A stretch of DNA of 64,000 bases from an uncultured Bacteroidales bacterium. Its GTDB lineage: Bacteria > Bacteroidota > Bacteroidia > Bacteroidales > UBA932. Location: contig ONDR01000020.1 of assembly GCA_900316675.1 (NCBI GenBank), forward strand, positions 1,559-65,558. The letters are read 5' to 3'. The translations under genes were made by a program, and so were the position numbers. The notes below the pieces were generated by a model, which was given only the letters and a program-made list of their open reading frames with translations, searched no databases and was not told where the DNA came from. Below, piece after piece: positions 27,174 through 37,377 of this stretch (position 1 is its first letter; the number at the start of each line of letters is the position of its first letter).

Positions 27174-28757
27174 ATGAACAACATAAAGCCAAGCGAGATT
27201 TCAGAGGTACTGCTGCGTCAGCTGGAGTCCATGGATCTTTCCGCAAAATACGAAGAGATAGGCAAGGTGCTTCAGGTCAGTGACGGTGTAGCCCGTATCT
27301 ACGGCCTTGAAGGCGCAGAGGCAGGAGAACTGCTGGAGTTTGACAACGGTGTTATGGCCGTTGCCATGAACCTTGAGCAGGATAATGTGGGCGCCGTGCT
27401 CCTTGGACCTACTGACCTCGTAAAAGAAGGCATGTCCGTTAAAAGGACAGGACGAATCGCATCAATCGGTGTAGGTGAATCCATGCTTGGCAGGGTGGTG
27501 GATCCTCTTGGCAATCCTCTTGACGGCCGCGGCCGCATCGAGGGCGAGCTTACGGAAATGCCCCTTGAGCGCAAAGCCCCGGGCGTTATTTACCGTCAGC
27601 CGGTTAGCCAGCCGTTACAGACAGGCCTCAAGGCCATCGACGCCATGATTCCTATCGGCCGTGGCCAGCGCGAGCTCATCATCGGAGACCGCCAGACCGG
27701 AAAGACCGCCATCGCCATTGACACCATCATCAACCAGAGGAACGATTACCTTGCAGGCAAGCCGGTATATTGCATCTATGTTGCTGTAGGCCAGAAGGGT
27801 AGCACCGTGGCCAGCATAGTTGACACGCTTCGTGCCAAGGGTGCCATGGACTACACAATCGTGGTTTCCGCAACGGCTGCAGACCCCGCAGCGCTCCAGT
27901 ACTATGCTCCGTTCGCAGGTGCTGCAATCGGAGAGTACTTCCGCGACACAGGCCGCCATGCGCTGGTTGTTTACGACGACCTTTCAAAGCAGGCTGTCGC
28001 ATACCGTGAGGTGTCCCTTATCCTTCGTCGTCCTTCCGGACGTGAGGCTTATCCGGGCGATGTATTTTACCTGCACTCAAGACTTCTTGAAAGAGCTGCT
28101 AAAATAATTGAGCAGCAAGAGGTTGCAGAGAAAATGAACGACCTTCCCGCATCTCTTCAGGGCAAGGTGAAGGCAGGCGGTTCTCTTACCGCTCTTCCTA
28201 TCATCGAGACCCAGGCCGGAGACGTTTCTGCATACATCCCTACAAACGTGATTTCAATTACCGACGGCCAGATTTACCTGGAGAACGCCCTCTTCAACCA
28301 GGGTGTGCGTCCCGCCATCAACGTAGGTATTTCCGTTTCTCGTGTGGGTGGTAGCGCTCAGGTCAAGAGTATGAAGAAGGTTGCCGGTACCCTTAAGATA
28401 GACCAGGCCCAGTACAACGAGCTTGAAGCCTTCTCCAAGTTCTCTTCAGATATGGACAAGGTTACAGCCATGGCTATCGACAAGGGCCGTAAGAACAACC
28501 GCCTTCTTATCCAGCCTCAGTACAGCCCTATGCCGGTAGGGGAGCAGGTCGCCATACTTTACTGCGGAACCAACGCCCTTATGAAGGACATTCCGCTTGA
28601 TAAGGTTGCAGCCTTCCAGGATGCCTTCCTTGACAGGATGCGCACCCTGCATAAGGACGACGTACTTGAGCCTCTTTCCAAAGGCAAGATTGACGACGAC
28701 ATTACTGCAATCCTGCGCAGCGAGGCCGAAATGGTTGCATTAAGCCTTAAAGACTAA
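27174..28757 (+). CDS. atpA: F1 ATP synthase subunit alpha
   Basis: [31 protein letters not shown]. Confidence 0.98.
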   Translation: MNNIKPSEISEVLLRQLESMDLSAKYEEIGKVLQVSDGVARIYGLEGAEAGELLEFDNGVMAVAMNLEQDNVGAVLLGPTDLVKEGMSVKRTGRIASIGVGESMLGRVVDPLGNPLDGRGRIEGELTEMPLERKAPGVIYRQPVSQPLQTGLKAIDAMIPIGRGQRELIIGDRQTGKTAIAIDTIINQRNDYLAGKPVYCIYVAVGQKGSTVASIVDTLRAKGAMDYTIVVSATAADPAALQYYAPFAGAAIGEYFRDTGRHALVVYDDLSKQAVAYREVSLILRRPSGREAYPGDVFYLHSRLLERAAKIIEQQEVAEKMNDLPASLQGKVKAGGSLTALPIIETQAGDVSAYIPTNVISITDGQIYLENALFNQGVRPAINVGISVSRVGGSAQVKSMKKVAGTLKIDQAQYNELEAFSKFSSDMDKVTAMAIDKGRKNNRLLIQPQYSPMPVGEQVAILYCGTNALMKDIPLDKVAAFQDAFLDRMRTLHKDDVLEPLSKGKIDDDITAILRSEAEMVALSLKD

Positions 28758-28763
28758 CGGTTT

Positions 28764-29624
28764 ATGGCATCGCTGAAGGAAATAAAAGGCAGGATAGCTT
28801 CCGTTAAAAGTACCCTGAAGATTACCTCTGCAATGAAGATGGTTGCGTCTTCAAAGCTTAGGAAGGCCCAGGGTGCCATAACCGGTATGCTGCCTTACCA
28901 GAAGTCGCTGGAGGGCATGCTGGCAGACCTTATGACAGGCGCCAGCGCAGACCCACGCTACTTTGCTCCGGTGCCTCAGGACAAGCCGCTGAAGGTGGCT
29001 GTGGTATGCTTTTCTTCCAACTCCTCCCTTTGCGGAGCCTTCAATTCCAATGTTGCAAGAAAGGCGAACCAGCTGCTTAAGGACCATCAGGCCGCAGGTG
29101 ATACCGTAACTGTTTTTGCCGTAGGAAAGAAGATTGCCGATACCCTTTCAAAGGCCGGTTATCCGTCCGTTGCAGATTATAATGGCATGGCAGCAAAGCC
29201 TTCTTACGATGCTGCCGCTGATCTGGCAAAAACCCTGACCGACGGCTTCCTGGACGGTAAATACGACAAGGTAGAGCTGGTTTACAACCACTTCAAGTCT
29301 ACCGCCTCACAGGTCACGGTGCAGGAAACCTTCCTGCCCATGGAAATGCCGCAAAGTGCCGCATCGGCAGACATCGACTACATTATCGAGCCCTCGCGCG
29401 AAGAGCAGATAGCCGCTTTGCTGCCAAAGGTACTGCGCCTTAAGGTTTACACCGTCCTTCTGGATAGCATCGCCGCAGAACATGCTGCCCGTACGGTTGC
29501 AATGCAGGTTGCAACGGACAATGCAGACCAGCTGCTTGGAGAGCTCAACCTGGAATACAACAAAGGACGTCAGCAAAAGATCACCAACGAGATCCTGGAT
29601 CTTGTGGGTGGCGCAATGGAATAA
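28764..29624 (+). CDS. atpG: F1 ATP synthase subunit gamma
   Basis: KITSAMKMVA, SSLCGAFN, EHAARTVAM, RQQKITNEI. Confidence 0.97.
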   Translation: MASLKEIKGRIASVKSTLKITSAMKMVASSKLRKAQGAITGMLPYQKSLEGMLADLMTGASADPRYFAPVPQDKPLKVAVVCFSSNSSLCGAFNSNVARKANQLLKDHQAAGDTVTVFAVGKKIADTLSKAGYPSVADYNGMAAKPSYDAAADLAKTLTDGFLDGKYDKVELVYNHFKSTASQVTVQETFLPMEMPQSAASADIDYIIEPSREEQIAALLPKVLRLKVYTVLLDSIAAEHAARTVAMQVATDNADQLLGELNLEYNKGRQQKITNEILDLVGGAME

Positions 29625-29637
29625 ACAATATCGCAAT

Positions 29638-30870
29638 ATGAAATTCATTTCAATCCTGGCCCTGGCCCTTGTGGCAATCCTGGCCTCCTGTACATCGGAC
29701 AAAAGCCTTAAGTACGGCGACGAGTGCAGCAGCGACTATCTTCCCATCCTTAAAGAGAAGAGGGTAGCCCTGCTTAGCAATCATACCGGAATTGTTGGCA
29801 ACAAGATTGATGTCGAACTGAAAAACGGCCACCTGCTGCCCGCAGACAGCGTGGCTCTGGCCGGTGGAAGGCACATCCTTGACGTAATGCTGGAGGAAGG
29901 CGTGAATGTAACCGCCATCTTCTCTCCCGAGCACGGCTTCCGCGGAACTGCTGATGCCGGCGAGCATGTTGGCAACGATACCGACCCTAAGACAGGCATC
30001 CCCATCTTGTCCCTTTACAGCCCCGGCAGCTACAGGCCCAGCGCAGAGTCAATGGCCAAGTTCGATGCCCTGGTTGTGGATATCCAGGACGTAGGAACCC
30101 GCTTCTATACATACTACATCACCATGAAGCGCCTTATGGAGGCTTGCGCCGCCGAGGGCAAGAAGGTGGTGATAATGGACAGGCCCAACCCCAACGGCTT
30201 CTTCGTGGACGGTCCCATCCTTGACATGAGCCTTAAGTCAGGCGTAGGCGCAATTCCTATCCCCGTAGCTCATGGCATGACCCTTGGCGAACTTGCCCTG
30301 ATGATGAACGGCGAGGGCTGGCTGGCCGACGGCCTTATCTGCGATGTGGATGTTATCAAGTGCAGGAATTACACTCACGCTATGCGCGAGCCGCTTGTTT
30401 TTGCACCCTCTCCCAACCTTAAGGAGATGGCCGCAATCTATGCCTATCCTTCTACCTGCTATTTTGAGGGTACGATAGTCTCCCTTGGCCGCGGAACGGA
30501 CAAGCCGTTCCTTATTTACGGCCATCCGGACATGCAGGACTGCGACTTTGTATTTACTCCCCGCAGCATTTCCGGCGCCAAGAACCCTCCCTGCCTTGAT
30601 CAGGAGTGCCATGGCGTAGACCTCACCTCTACTGATGAATTTACCGGAAAGGTGGATTTCTCTTATGTGATTGATGCTTACAATAAACTTGGCGGCCGTG
30701 AAGACTTCTTCCTTCGCAACGGTTTCTTCGATCTTCTTACCGGAGACCGTTCAATCAAGGAAAGAATCATTGCCGGTGCTACCGCAGAAGACCTTGCTGC
30801 TTCCTGGAAAGAGGATGTGGCTGCCTTCAAGGCACTCAGGGCCAAGTATCTTCTTTATCCGGAAAACTAA
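29638..30870 (+). CDS. NamZ/DUF1343 exo-beta-N-acetylmuramidase-family lipoprotein
   Basis: Lipobox LASC at the ATG 29638 start; FSPEHGFRG, DIQDVGTRFYTY, DRPNPNG, HGMTLGELA, PSPNL, SLGRGT. Confidence 0.88.
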   Translation: MKFISILALALVAILASCTSDKSLKYGDECSSDYLPILKEKRVALLSNHTGIVGNKIDVELKNGHLLPADSVALAGGRHILDVMLEEGVNVTAIFSPEHGFRGTADAGEHVGNDTDPKTGIPILSLYSPGSYRPSAESMAKFDALVVDIQDVGTRFYTYYITMKRLMEACAAEGKKVVIMDRPNPNGFFVDGPILDMSLKSGVGAIPIPVAHGMTLGELALMMNGEGWLADGLICDVDVIKCRNYTHAMREPLVFAPSPNLKEMAAIYAYPSTCYFEGTIVSLGRGTDKPFLIYGHPDMQDCDFVFTPRSISGAKNPPCLDQECHGVDLTSTDEFTGKVDFSYVIDAYNKLGGREDFFLRNGFFDLLTGDRSIKERIIAGATAEDLAASWKEDVAAFKALRAKYLLYPEN

Positions 30871-30884
30871 CCTTAACCTATATA

Positions 30885-30922
30885 AACGAGAGAACCCGAC
30901 CTCACGGCCGGGTTTTTTCGTT
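30885..30922 (+). terminator. Intrinsic (probably bidirectional) terminator
   Basis: AACGAGAGAACCCG...CGGGTTTTTTCGTT. Confidence 0.75.
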
Positions 30923-31035
30923 AACACTAACACTTATTCAATATGATCAAAAACTAGCTTATGGTTTTAAGTCTTCGATTCCTTATATTGCCAATAGCGT
31001 GCCAAACTTAAAAACGGGCAAAAATATTTGGGCGA

Positions 31036-31068
31036 TTTGGAATTATGAAAGCTTTTTTCGTATATTTG
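31036..31068 (+). promoter_or_regulatory. tRNA-Ser promoter
   Basis: TTTG (31036-39), 21-nt spacer, TATATTTG (31061-68). Confidence 0.75.
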
Positions 31069-31079
31069 CAGTCCCATTT

Positions 31080-31167
31080 GGAAAGATGCTCGAGTGGCTG
31101 AAGAGGCACGCCTGGAAAGCGTGTGTACCCCAAAAGGGTATCGCGAGTTCGAATCTCGCTCTTTCCG
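31080..31167 (+). tRNA. tRNA-Ser (anticodon GGA)
   Basis: GGAAAGA/TCTTTCC acceptor stem, anticodon arm CACGC-CTGGAAA-GCGTG, long variable arm, GTTCGAATC T-loop, discriminator G. Confidence 0.95.
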
Positions 31168-31179
31168 CCTGAAACAATA

Positions 31180-31213
31180 AAGGACTATCAAGCTAAGCTT
31201 GGTGGTCCTTTTC
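31180..31213 (+). terminator. Intrinsic terminator after tRNA-Ser
   Basis: AAGGACTATCAAGC-TAA-GCTTGGTGGTCCTT plus T-tract. Confidence 0.8.
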
Positions 31214-31282
31214 TTCATTATTGTTCATTTCGACACTAAAGTGTTCCATTTTTCCCGTTATATTCATTTTTCTACGGAAACC

Positions 31283-31313
31283 TTTGATTTTTTGATTTAA
31301 TTGATTAAACTTG
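31283..31313 (+). promoter_or_regulatory. Probable susC promoter
   Basis: TTTG (31283-86), 19-nt spacer, TAAACTTG (one mismatch to TAnnTTTG). Confidence 0.55.
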
Positions 31314-31403
31314 CGTCTTAATGACCCCTAAAGGGGGTCGTAAAAGAACACCCTAAAACTGAACTTTTACACTAACTTATTTTATATTAACTAAAAAACG
31401 CTT

Positions 31404-34400
31404 ATGGGAAAATTTAAACTTTTTCTAACGGCAGTAATGGTTTGCCTCAGTGCCGGCTTCGCGTTTGCCCAGACCAAAACGGTAAAGGGTAACGTTACAG
31501 CCAAGTCTGACGGCCAGCCTATCATCGGCGCCTATGTGCAGATTGACGGCACAAAGCTCGGCGCTGTTACTGATCTCGACGGTAACTTCACCATCGGCAA
31601 TGTTCCTGCAAGCGCTACGACAGTAGTCGTATCTAACCTTGGTTACAAGGAGGTACGCCTTCCCATCGCAGCAAACATGCAGATTGTCATGGAGGATGAC
31701 GCTGAAGTTATTGAAAGCGCAGTCGTTACCGGTATGACAAAAACAGACCGCCGACTCTTTACGGGTTCTTCTGCAAAGGTTGACGCAGCTACCGCAAAAC
31801 TTGATGGTATCGCTGATGTCAGCCGTTCACTGGAAGGCCGTGTAGCCGGTGTATCCGTTCAGAACGTGTCAGGTACCTTCGGTACGGCTCCTAAGATCCG
31901 TGTCCGTGGTGCTACTTCCATCTATGGTTCATCAAAACCTCTGTGGGTTGTTGATGGCGTTATCATGGAAGATGTTATTGATGTAGATGCAGAAGACCTC
32001 TCATCAGGTGATGCTAACACCCTTATTTCTTCTGCAATCGCTGGTTTGAACTCCGACGATATCGAGTCCTTCGATATCCTTAAGGATGGTTCCGCTACCT
32101 CTATTTACGGTGCGCGCGCGATGGCCGGTGTGATTGTAGTTACTACCAAGAAGGGTCGTTCAGGTCACAGCCAGATTTCATATACCGGTGAGTATACCAT
32201 GAGGCTTAAGCCCCAGTACAGTACCTTCAACATCATGAACTCCCAGGACCAGATGGCTATCTACCAGGAGTTGGAGCAGAAGGGTTATCTGAACTATGCT
32301 TCTACCGCAAATGCATCAGCATCAGGTGTTTATGGTAAGATGTACCAGCTCATCACCGAGTACAATGAGACCTCTGGTCAGTTTGGTCTTGCTAATACTC
32401 CGGAAGCAAAGGCAGCTTATCTGCGTGCAGCCGAGTACCGCAACACAGACTGGTTCGACAAACTCTTCACCTACAACATCCAGCACAACCACTCTGTAAG
32501 TATCTCAGGTGGTACTGACAAGGGTAGCTACTATGCATCCCTCTCTATCATGGATGACCCGGGTTGGTCACTGCAGAGTAAGGTTCAGCGTTACACCGCT
32601 AACCTGAATGTAACTCACAGGATTCTTGACAACCTTACCTTCAACATGATCAGCAACGCTTCTTACCGTAAACAGCGCGCTCCTGGTACCCTTGGTTCCT
32701 CTATCGACGCAGTATCTGGTGAGGTTAAGCGTGACTTCGATATCAACCCTTACTCATACGCTCTCAACACTTCACGTGCTCTTGATCCGGACGTATTCTA
32801 TACCAGAAACTACGCTCCCTTCAACATTATGTATGAGTTGGACAACAACTACCTTGACCTTGACGTTACCAACCTCAGGTTCCAGGGCGAGTTGAAGTAT
32901 TCTCCTATCAAGGACCTCGAGCTCTCTATCCTCGGTGCTGTTAAGTCTTCACAGACCACCCGTGAGCACTACATCCTGGATGATTCCAACCAGGCACAGG
33001 CTTACCGTGCAGCTTACACCACCACCATCAGGGACGGAAACTCCTTCCTTTACACAGACCCTGACGTTCCGTTCGCACTCCCTGAGACCGTACTGCCTTA
33101 CGGTGGTATCTTCCAGAGAACCGACAACAAGATGTTTGGCTGGGACTTCCGTGCATCTGCAACCTATAACAAGAAGATTGGTGACAATCACCTTGTAAAC
33201 GCTTATGCAGGTATGGAGACCAACTCCATCGACCGTCACGCCGTATGGTTCCGCGGTTGGGGTCTTCAGTACAACATGGGTGAAATTGCCCAGTACAACT
33301 ACAAGATCTTCAAGAAAGGTGCAGAAGAGAATACAGATTACTTCACCATGGGTAACACCCACGAGCGTCGTGCTGCATTCTTCGGAACCGTTACTTACGC
33401 ATTCAAGAACCGTTACAGTGTAACCGGTACCATGCGTTACGAGGGTTCCAACCGTCTTGGTAAGAGCCGCAGCGCACGTTGGCTTCCTACATGGAATATC
33501 TCCGGTAGGTGGAACATTTCCGACGAGCCTTGGATGCGTCCTCTTGCACCAGCACTTTCTCACGCAGCTATCAAGCTCTCTTACTCACTTACCGCAGAAA
33601 GCGGTCCTTCATGGGTAACCAACTCCAACGTAGTTATCGAGGCCGATAACCCTTGGCGTCCCGTTGCAAAGGATAAAGAGAGTATCCTTGGTATTTCCTC
33701 ACTTGCCAACCCTGACCTCACCTTCGAGAAGAAGCACGAGTTCAACGTTGGTCTCGAGGCCGGTTTCCTTGACAACAGAATCAACTTTGCAGGTGACTGG
33801 TACAAGCGTAACAACTACGACCTTATCGGTATCACTTATACCCAGGGTATCGGTGGTGAGATCATGAAGTATGGTAACGTTGCAGCCATGAAGTCTGATG
33901 GTTTCGAGCTCAGCTTGACTACCACCAACATCAAGACCAAGGCTTTCAAGTGGACCTCTAACTTCATCTACTCTCACTCACACAACATGATTACCAAACT
34001 GAACACAACCAAGCGTGTCATCGACCTTATCTCCGGCACCGGTTTCGCACAGGAAGGCTATCAGAACCACTCCATCTTCTCAATTCCTTTCATGGGCTTG
34101 AACGATGAAGGTCTGCCTACATTCCTTGATCAGGATGGTAACATCTCTGTAACTGGTATTTACTTCCAGACTTCCGCTTCCGATCCTAAGAACGTTGAGT
34201 TCCTTAAGTACTCAGGTACCGCAGATCCTAAGGATGTTGCTTCATTGGGTAACACCTTCGAGTGGAACGGCTTCCGTCTGAATGTATTCATTACCGGCTC
34301 CTTCGGCAACGTAGTACGTCTTGACCCTGTATTCAAGGCTTCTTACAACGACCTTACCTCTATGCCTAAGGAGTTCCGCAACCGTTGGATTGTTCCTGGT

Positions 34401-34742
34401 GACGAAGAGAAGACCTCTATCCCTGTTATCGCATCCCGTATGCAGAACGTAAACGATACCTCTCTGAGCTATGCTTACAACGCATACAACTACTCAACAG
34501 AGCGTATCGCTAAGGGTGACTTCATCCGTCTTAAGGAAGTATCCCTCAGCTATGACTTCCCCAAGAAGCTTGTCAACAGCCTCAAGCTTAACAACCTGTC
34601 TCTCAAGGTTCAGGCTACCAACCTCTTCCTGCTCTACGCAGACAAGAAGCTGAACGGTCAGGATCCTGAGTTCTTCAACACCGGTGGTGTTGCAGTACCT
34701 GTTCCTAAGCAGTTTACCGTAACCCTCAAGGTTGGAATTTAA
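31404..34742 (+). CDS. SusC/RagA-family TonB-dependent transporter
   Basis: CarboxypepD_reg-like N-domain, plug motifs (IRVRGATSI, PLWVVDG, LKDGSATSIYGARAMAGVIVVTTKKG), C-terminal barrel strand. Confidence 0.96.
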   Translation: MGKFKLFLTAVMVCLSAGFAFAQTKTVKGNVTAKSDGQPIIGAYVQIDGTKLGAVTDLDGNFTIGNVPASATTVVVSNLGYKEVRLPIAANMQIVMEDDAEVIESAVVTGMTKTDRRLFTGSSAKVDAATAKLDGIADVSRSLEGRVAGVSVQNVSGTFGTAPKIRVRGATSIYGSSKPLWVVDGVIMEDVIDVDAEDLSSGDANTLISSAIAGLNSDDIESFDILKDGSATSIYGARAMAGVIVVTTKKGRSGHSQISYTGEYTMRLKPQYSTFNIMNSQDQMAIYQELEQKGYLNYASTANASASGVYGKMYQLITEYNETSGQFGLANTPEAKAAYLRAAEYRNTDWFDKLFTYNIQHNHSVSISGGTDKGSYYASLSIMDDPGWSLQSKVQRYTANLNVTHRILDNLTFNMISNASYRKQRAPGTLGSSIDAVSGEVKRDFDINPYSYALNTSRALDPDVFYTRNYAPFNIMYELDNNYLDLDVTNLRFQGELKYSPIKDLELSILGAVKSSQTTREHYILDDSNQAQAYRAAYTTTIRDGNSFLYTDPDVPFALPETVLPYGGIFQRTDNKMFGWDFRASATYNKKIGDNHLVNAYAGMETNSIDRHAVWFRGWGLQYNMGEIAQYNYKIFKKGAEENTDYFTMGNTHERRAAFFGTVTYAFKNRYSVTGTMRYEGSNRLGKSRSARWLPTWNISGRWNISDEPWMRPLAPALSHAAIKLSYSLTAESGPSWVTNSNVVIEADNPWRPVAKDKESILGISSLANPDLTFEKKHEFNVGLEAGFLDNRINFAGDWYKRNNYDLIGITYTQGIGGEIMKYGNVAAMKSDGFELSLTTTNIKTKAFKWTSNFIYSHSHNMITKLNTTKRVIDLISGTGFAQEGYQNHSIFSIPFMGLNDEGLPTFLDQDGNISVTGIYFQTSASDPKNVEFLKYSGTADPKDVASLGNTFEWNGFRLNVFITGSFGNVVRLDPVFKASYNDLTSMPKEFRNRWIVPGDEEKTSIPVIASRMQNVNDTSLSYAYNAYNYSTERIAKGDFIRLKEVSLSYDFPKKLVNSLKLNNLSLKVQATNLFLLYADKKLNGQDPEFFNTGGVAVPVPKQFTVTLKVGI

Positions 34743-34759
34743 TTACAGGAGGAATGAAT

Positions 34760-36349
34760 ATGAAAACAACTAAGATTATACTTTCAATCGCAGCAGCCGC
34801 TTTGGCTTTCGCTTCCTGCAACAAGTTCCTGGACACCATGCCGGATAACCGTGCAGAACTTGATACACCTGCAAAGATTAAGGCTATCCTTGGCTCTGCA
34901 TACTCTTTCACTGACTATCAGATGGTTACCGAGCTTCTTTCTGATAACGTAGATAACAACGCAGCAGTTGTAACCGGTGAAGCCGGCCGCTTCTACGATG
35001 AAATCTTCGCTTGGAAAGATGGTATCGAGTCCAACAACGAATCCCCTGAGAACATCTGGGACCGTAACTGGGGTGCAATTGCAAATGCAAACCAGGCTCT
35101 TGAGGCCATCAACAACCTTGGTGGAAAAGACAACCCTGAGCTTTCAGGTGCTTATGGTGAGGCTCTCCTTGCCAGGGCATATGCTCACTTCACACTTGTA
35201 AATATCTTCTGTCTTCAGTATAACCCCCAGACTTCAGAGACCGATCAGGGTCTTCCTTACATGGAGCAGCCTGAGCAGGGTCTGAACCCTCAGTACCAGC
35301 GTGGTAACGTTGCAGAGGTTTATGCTAAGATCGAGGCCGACATCGAGGAAGGTCTTAAATATGTGACCGACGACTACGATGTCCTCAAGTACCACTTCAA
35401 CCGTCAGGCAGCTTTCGCATTTGCTACAAGGTTCTTCCTTTACTATGGCAAATACCAGAGGGCTATCGAGTGCGCTAACGAGTGCCTTGGTGCTACCCCT
35501 GCAAGCCAGCTCCGTGACTATGTAGACCTGCAGAACAACTATGCTACCATAGCTACTGCACGTGCTGCTTACAACAGTTCAGACCAGAAGAGCAACCTTC
35601 TTCTCCAGACCGGTTACTCTAACCAGGGTCTTTACTGGGGTAACTACTCCGGCTCATACAAGTACTATGCATTCACCCAGAACATAGCTCTTACCGAGTC
35701 CTTCTTTGCTCCTACTCCTTGGTCAAATGGTGCAGTTCTGACTGCTTCTGCTTTCAAGTGGCGTCCTAGAACTTACAATGTATCAACTCTGTCTTACACC
35801 ATTTTCTGGAAGATCGACTACGAGTTTGAGTACACTGACCCTGTTGCAGGTATCGGTTACCGTCGTACCGTATATCCCGCCTTCACAACTGACGAGTGCT
35901 TGCTTAACCGCGCAGAGGCATACATCCTCAGCAAACAGTATGACAAGGCCTGCGAAGATCTTAACATCTGGTGCAAGAACATGTATGTAAATCCTGGTGA
36001 GCTCACTCCTGAGAACATTAAGGAATTCTACGATACCGTTCCTTACTATGAGTGGGACAAGCCTACACAGAAGAAGCACCTCAATCCTAAGTTCGCTTGG
36101 GAAGGTGAAGGCTCTATCCAGGAGGCTATGCTTCACTTCGTTCTTAACTGCCGTCGTACCGAGACCATGGGTCTGGGCCAGAGATGGTTCGACATCAAGC
36201 GTTACGGTATCGAAATCTATCGTAGGGTAGTGAATTCAACTTCTCAGCTGGATCACATTACCGATACTCTTGGTCCTGATGACCTCCGTCGTGCACTTCA
36301 GATCCCTCAGAAGTCCCGCGATGCAGGATTCGAGGCTAACAAACGTTAA
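34760..36349 (+). CDS. SusD/RagB-family lipoprotein
   Basis: Lipobox FASC; GEALLARAYAHFTLVNIF, LLNRAEAY, RWFDIKR. AGGAGG lies 7 nt before ATG 34760. Confidence 0.93.
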   Translation: MKTTKIILSIAAAALAFASCNKFLDTMPDNRAELDTPAKIKAILGSAYSFTDYQMVTELLSDNVDNNAAVVTGEAGRFYDEIFAWKDGIESNNESPENIWDRNWGAIANANQALEAINNLGGKDNPELSGAYGEALLARAYAHFTLVNIFCLQYNPQTSETDQGLPYMEQPEQGLNPQYQRGNVAEVYAKIEADIEEGLKYVTDDYDVLKYHFNRQAAFAFATRFFLYYGKYQRAIECANECLGATPASQLRDYVDLQNNYATIATARAAYNSSDQKSNLLLQTGYSNQGLYWGNYSGSYKYYAFTQNIALTESFFAPTPWSNGAVLTASAFKWRPRTYNVSTLSYTIFWKIDYEFEYTDPVAGIGYRRTVYPAFTTDECLLNRAEAYILSKQYDKACEDLNIWCKNMYVNPGELTPENIKEFYDTVPYYEWDKPTQKKHLNPKFAWEGEGSIQEAMLHFVLNCRRTETMGLGQRWFDIKRYGIEIYRRVVNSTSQLDHITDTLGPDDLRRALQIPQKSRDAGFEANKR

Positions 36350-36370
36350 TAACGATAAACAGTTGTGAAT

Positions 36371-37366
36371 ATGAAAAAATTTATCTATACCGTATTGGCA
36401 GCCGTAGTCGTTTGCTCATTACTTAACTCCTGCTCAGAGGACAAGCTCAACAAGGACAGTATCATTACTGCCGATGAGATGCAGCCCAACGAGTTTGACA
36501 AGTGGCTTGAGGCTAACTACGTAAAACCTTACAACATACTTTTCAAGTATCGTTATGAGATGAACGAGTCTGATTACAGTTACTACACCATCCCTGCAGA
36601 TTATGACTGCTCTGTCATTCTTGCACACCTGGTTAAGTACCTGTGCATCGACTCTTACGATGAGGTTGCAACTCCTAACTTCACCCGTAAGTACTTCCCT
36701 AAGATGTTCTTCCTTATCGGAGAATGGGAGTACAGGAACAATGGTACTTTCATCCTTGGTACAGCAGAGGGTGGTAAGAAGATCCTCCTCTCAGGTGTTA
36801 ACTACCTGCCTCAGGTTCTTGCCGGCTCTTATCAGGGTTACACAGATGTAAAAGAAGGTCTTAACCACTTCTACATCAAGACTATCCACCATGAGTTTAC
36901 CCATATCTTGAACCAGACCAAGGACTTCCCCGCAGACTTCACCATGGTTACTCCTGCTAACTATGTAACTGATTCTTGGAATACAAGCGAGTATGGTTCA
37001 TACTATCGTCAGCGCGGTTTTATCTCTTCTTACGCTCAGCACTCTGACCGTGAGGACTTCGCAGAGATGATGTCAATTTATGTAACCAACTCACCGGAGA
37101 AATGGGCTTCATTGCTTGAGGAATCAAGCAGAGAGGTTACAGAGGACGACTTGTCATCCCCTGAATTCAAGAGCTCATTCCCTACTCTTGCAGCAGGTGA
37201 TAAATTCCCCGGTGCTGACTATATCAAAGCTAAGCTCGAGATAGTTAAAACCTATATGCTGAACACATTCAACATTACGCTTGACGATCTTCGTGACGCC
37301 GTTCTTCGCCGTCAGGAAGAGGTTGTCAGCGGCATTGTTGACCTTACTTCTCTTGAAATCAAATAA
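36371..37366 (+). CDS. SusCD-associated putative zinc metallopeptidase lipoprotein (Peptidase_Mx1-like)
   Basis: Lipobox LNSC; GTAEGGKKI, HHEFTHILNQ (HExxH), GFISSYA...EDFAE. Confidence 0.85.
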   Translation: MKKFIYTVLAAVVVCSLLNSCSEDKLNKDSIITADEMQPNEFDKWLEANYVKPYNILFKYRYEMNESDYSYYTIPADYDCSVILAHLVKYLCIDSYDEVATPNFTRKYFPKMFFLIGEWEYRNNGTFILGTAEGGKKILLSGVNYLPQVLAGSYQGYTDVKEGLNHFYIKTIHHEFTHILNQTKDFPADFTMVTPANYVTDSWNTSEYGSYYRQRGFISSYAQHSDREDFAEMMSIYVTNSPEKWASLLEESSREVTEDDLSSPEFKSSFPTLAAGDKFPGADYIKAKLEIVKTYMLNTFNITLDDLRDAVLRRQEEVVSGIVDLTSLEIK

Positions 37367-37377
37367 ATTGGACGATT

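Noticed and set aside
31261-31403. Invertible (phase-variable) promoter upstream of susC
   Set aside because: No inverted repeats flank the promoter and there is no nearby recombinase; only a short GACCCC/GGGGTC hairpin near the transcript start.
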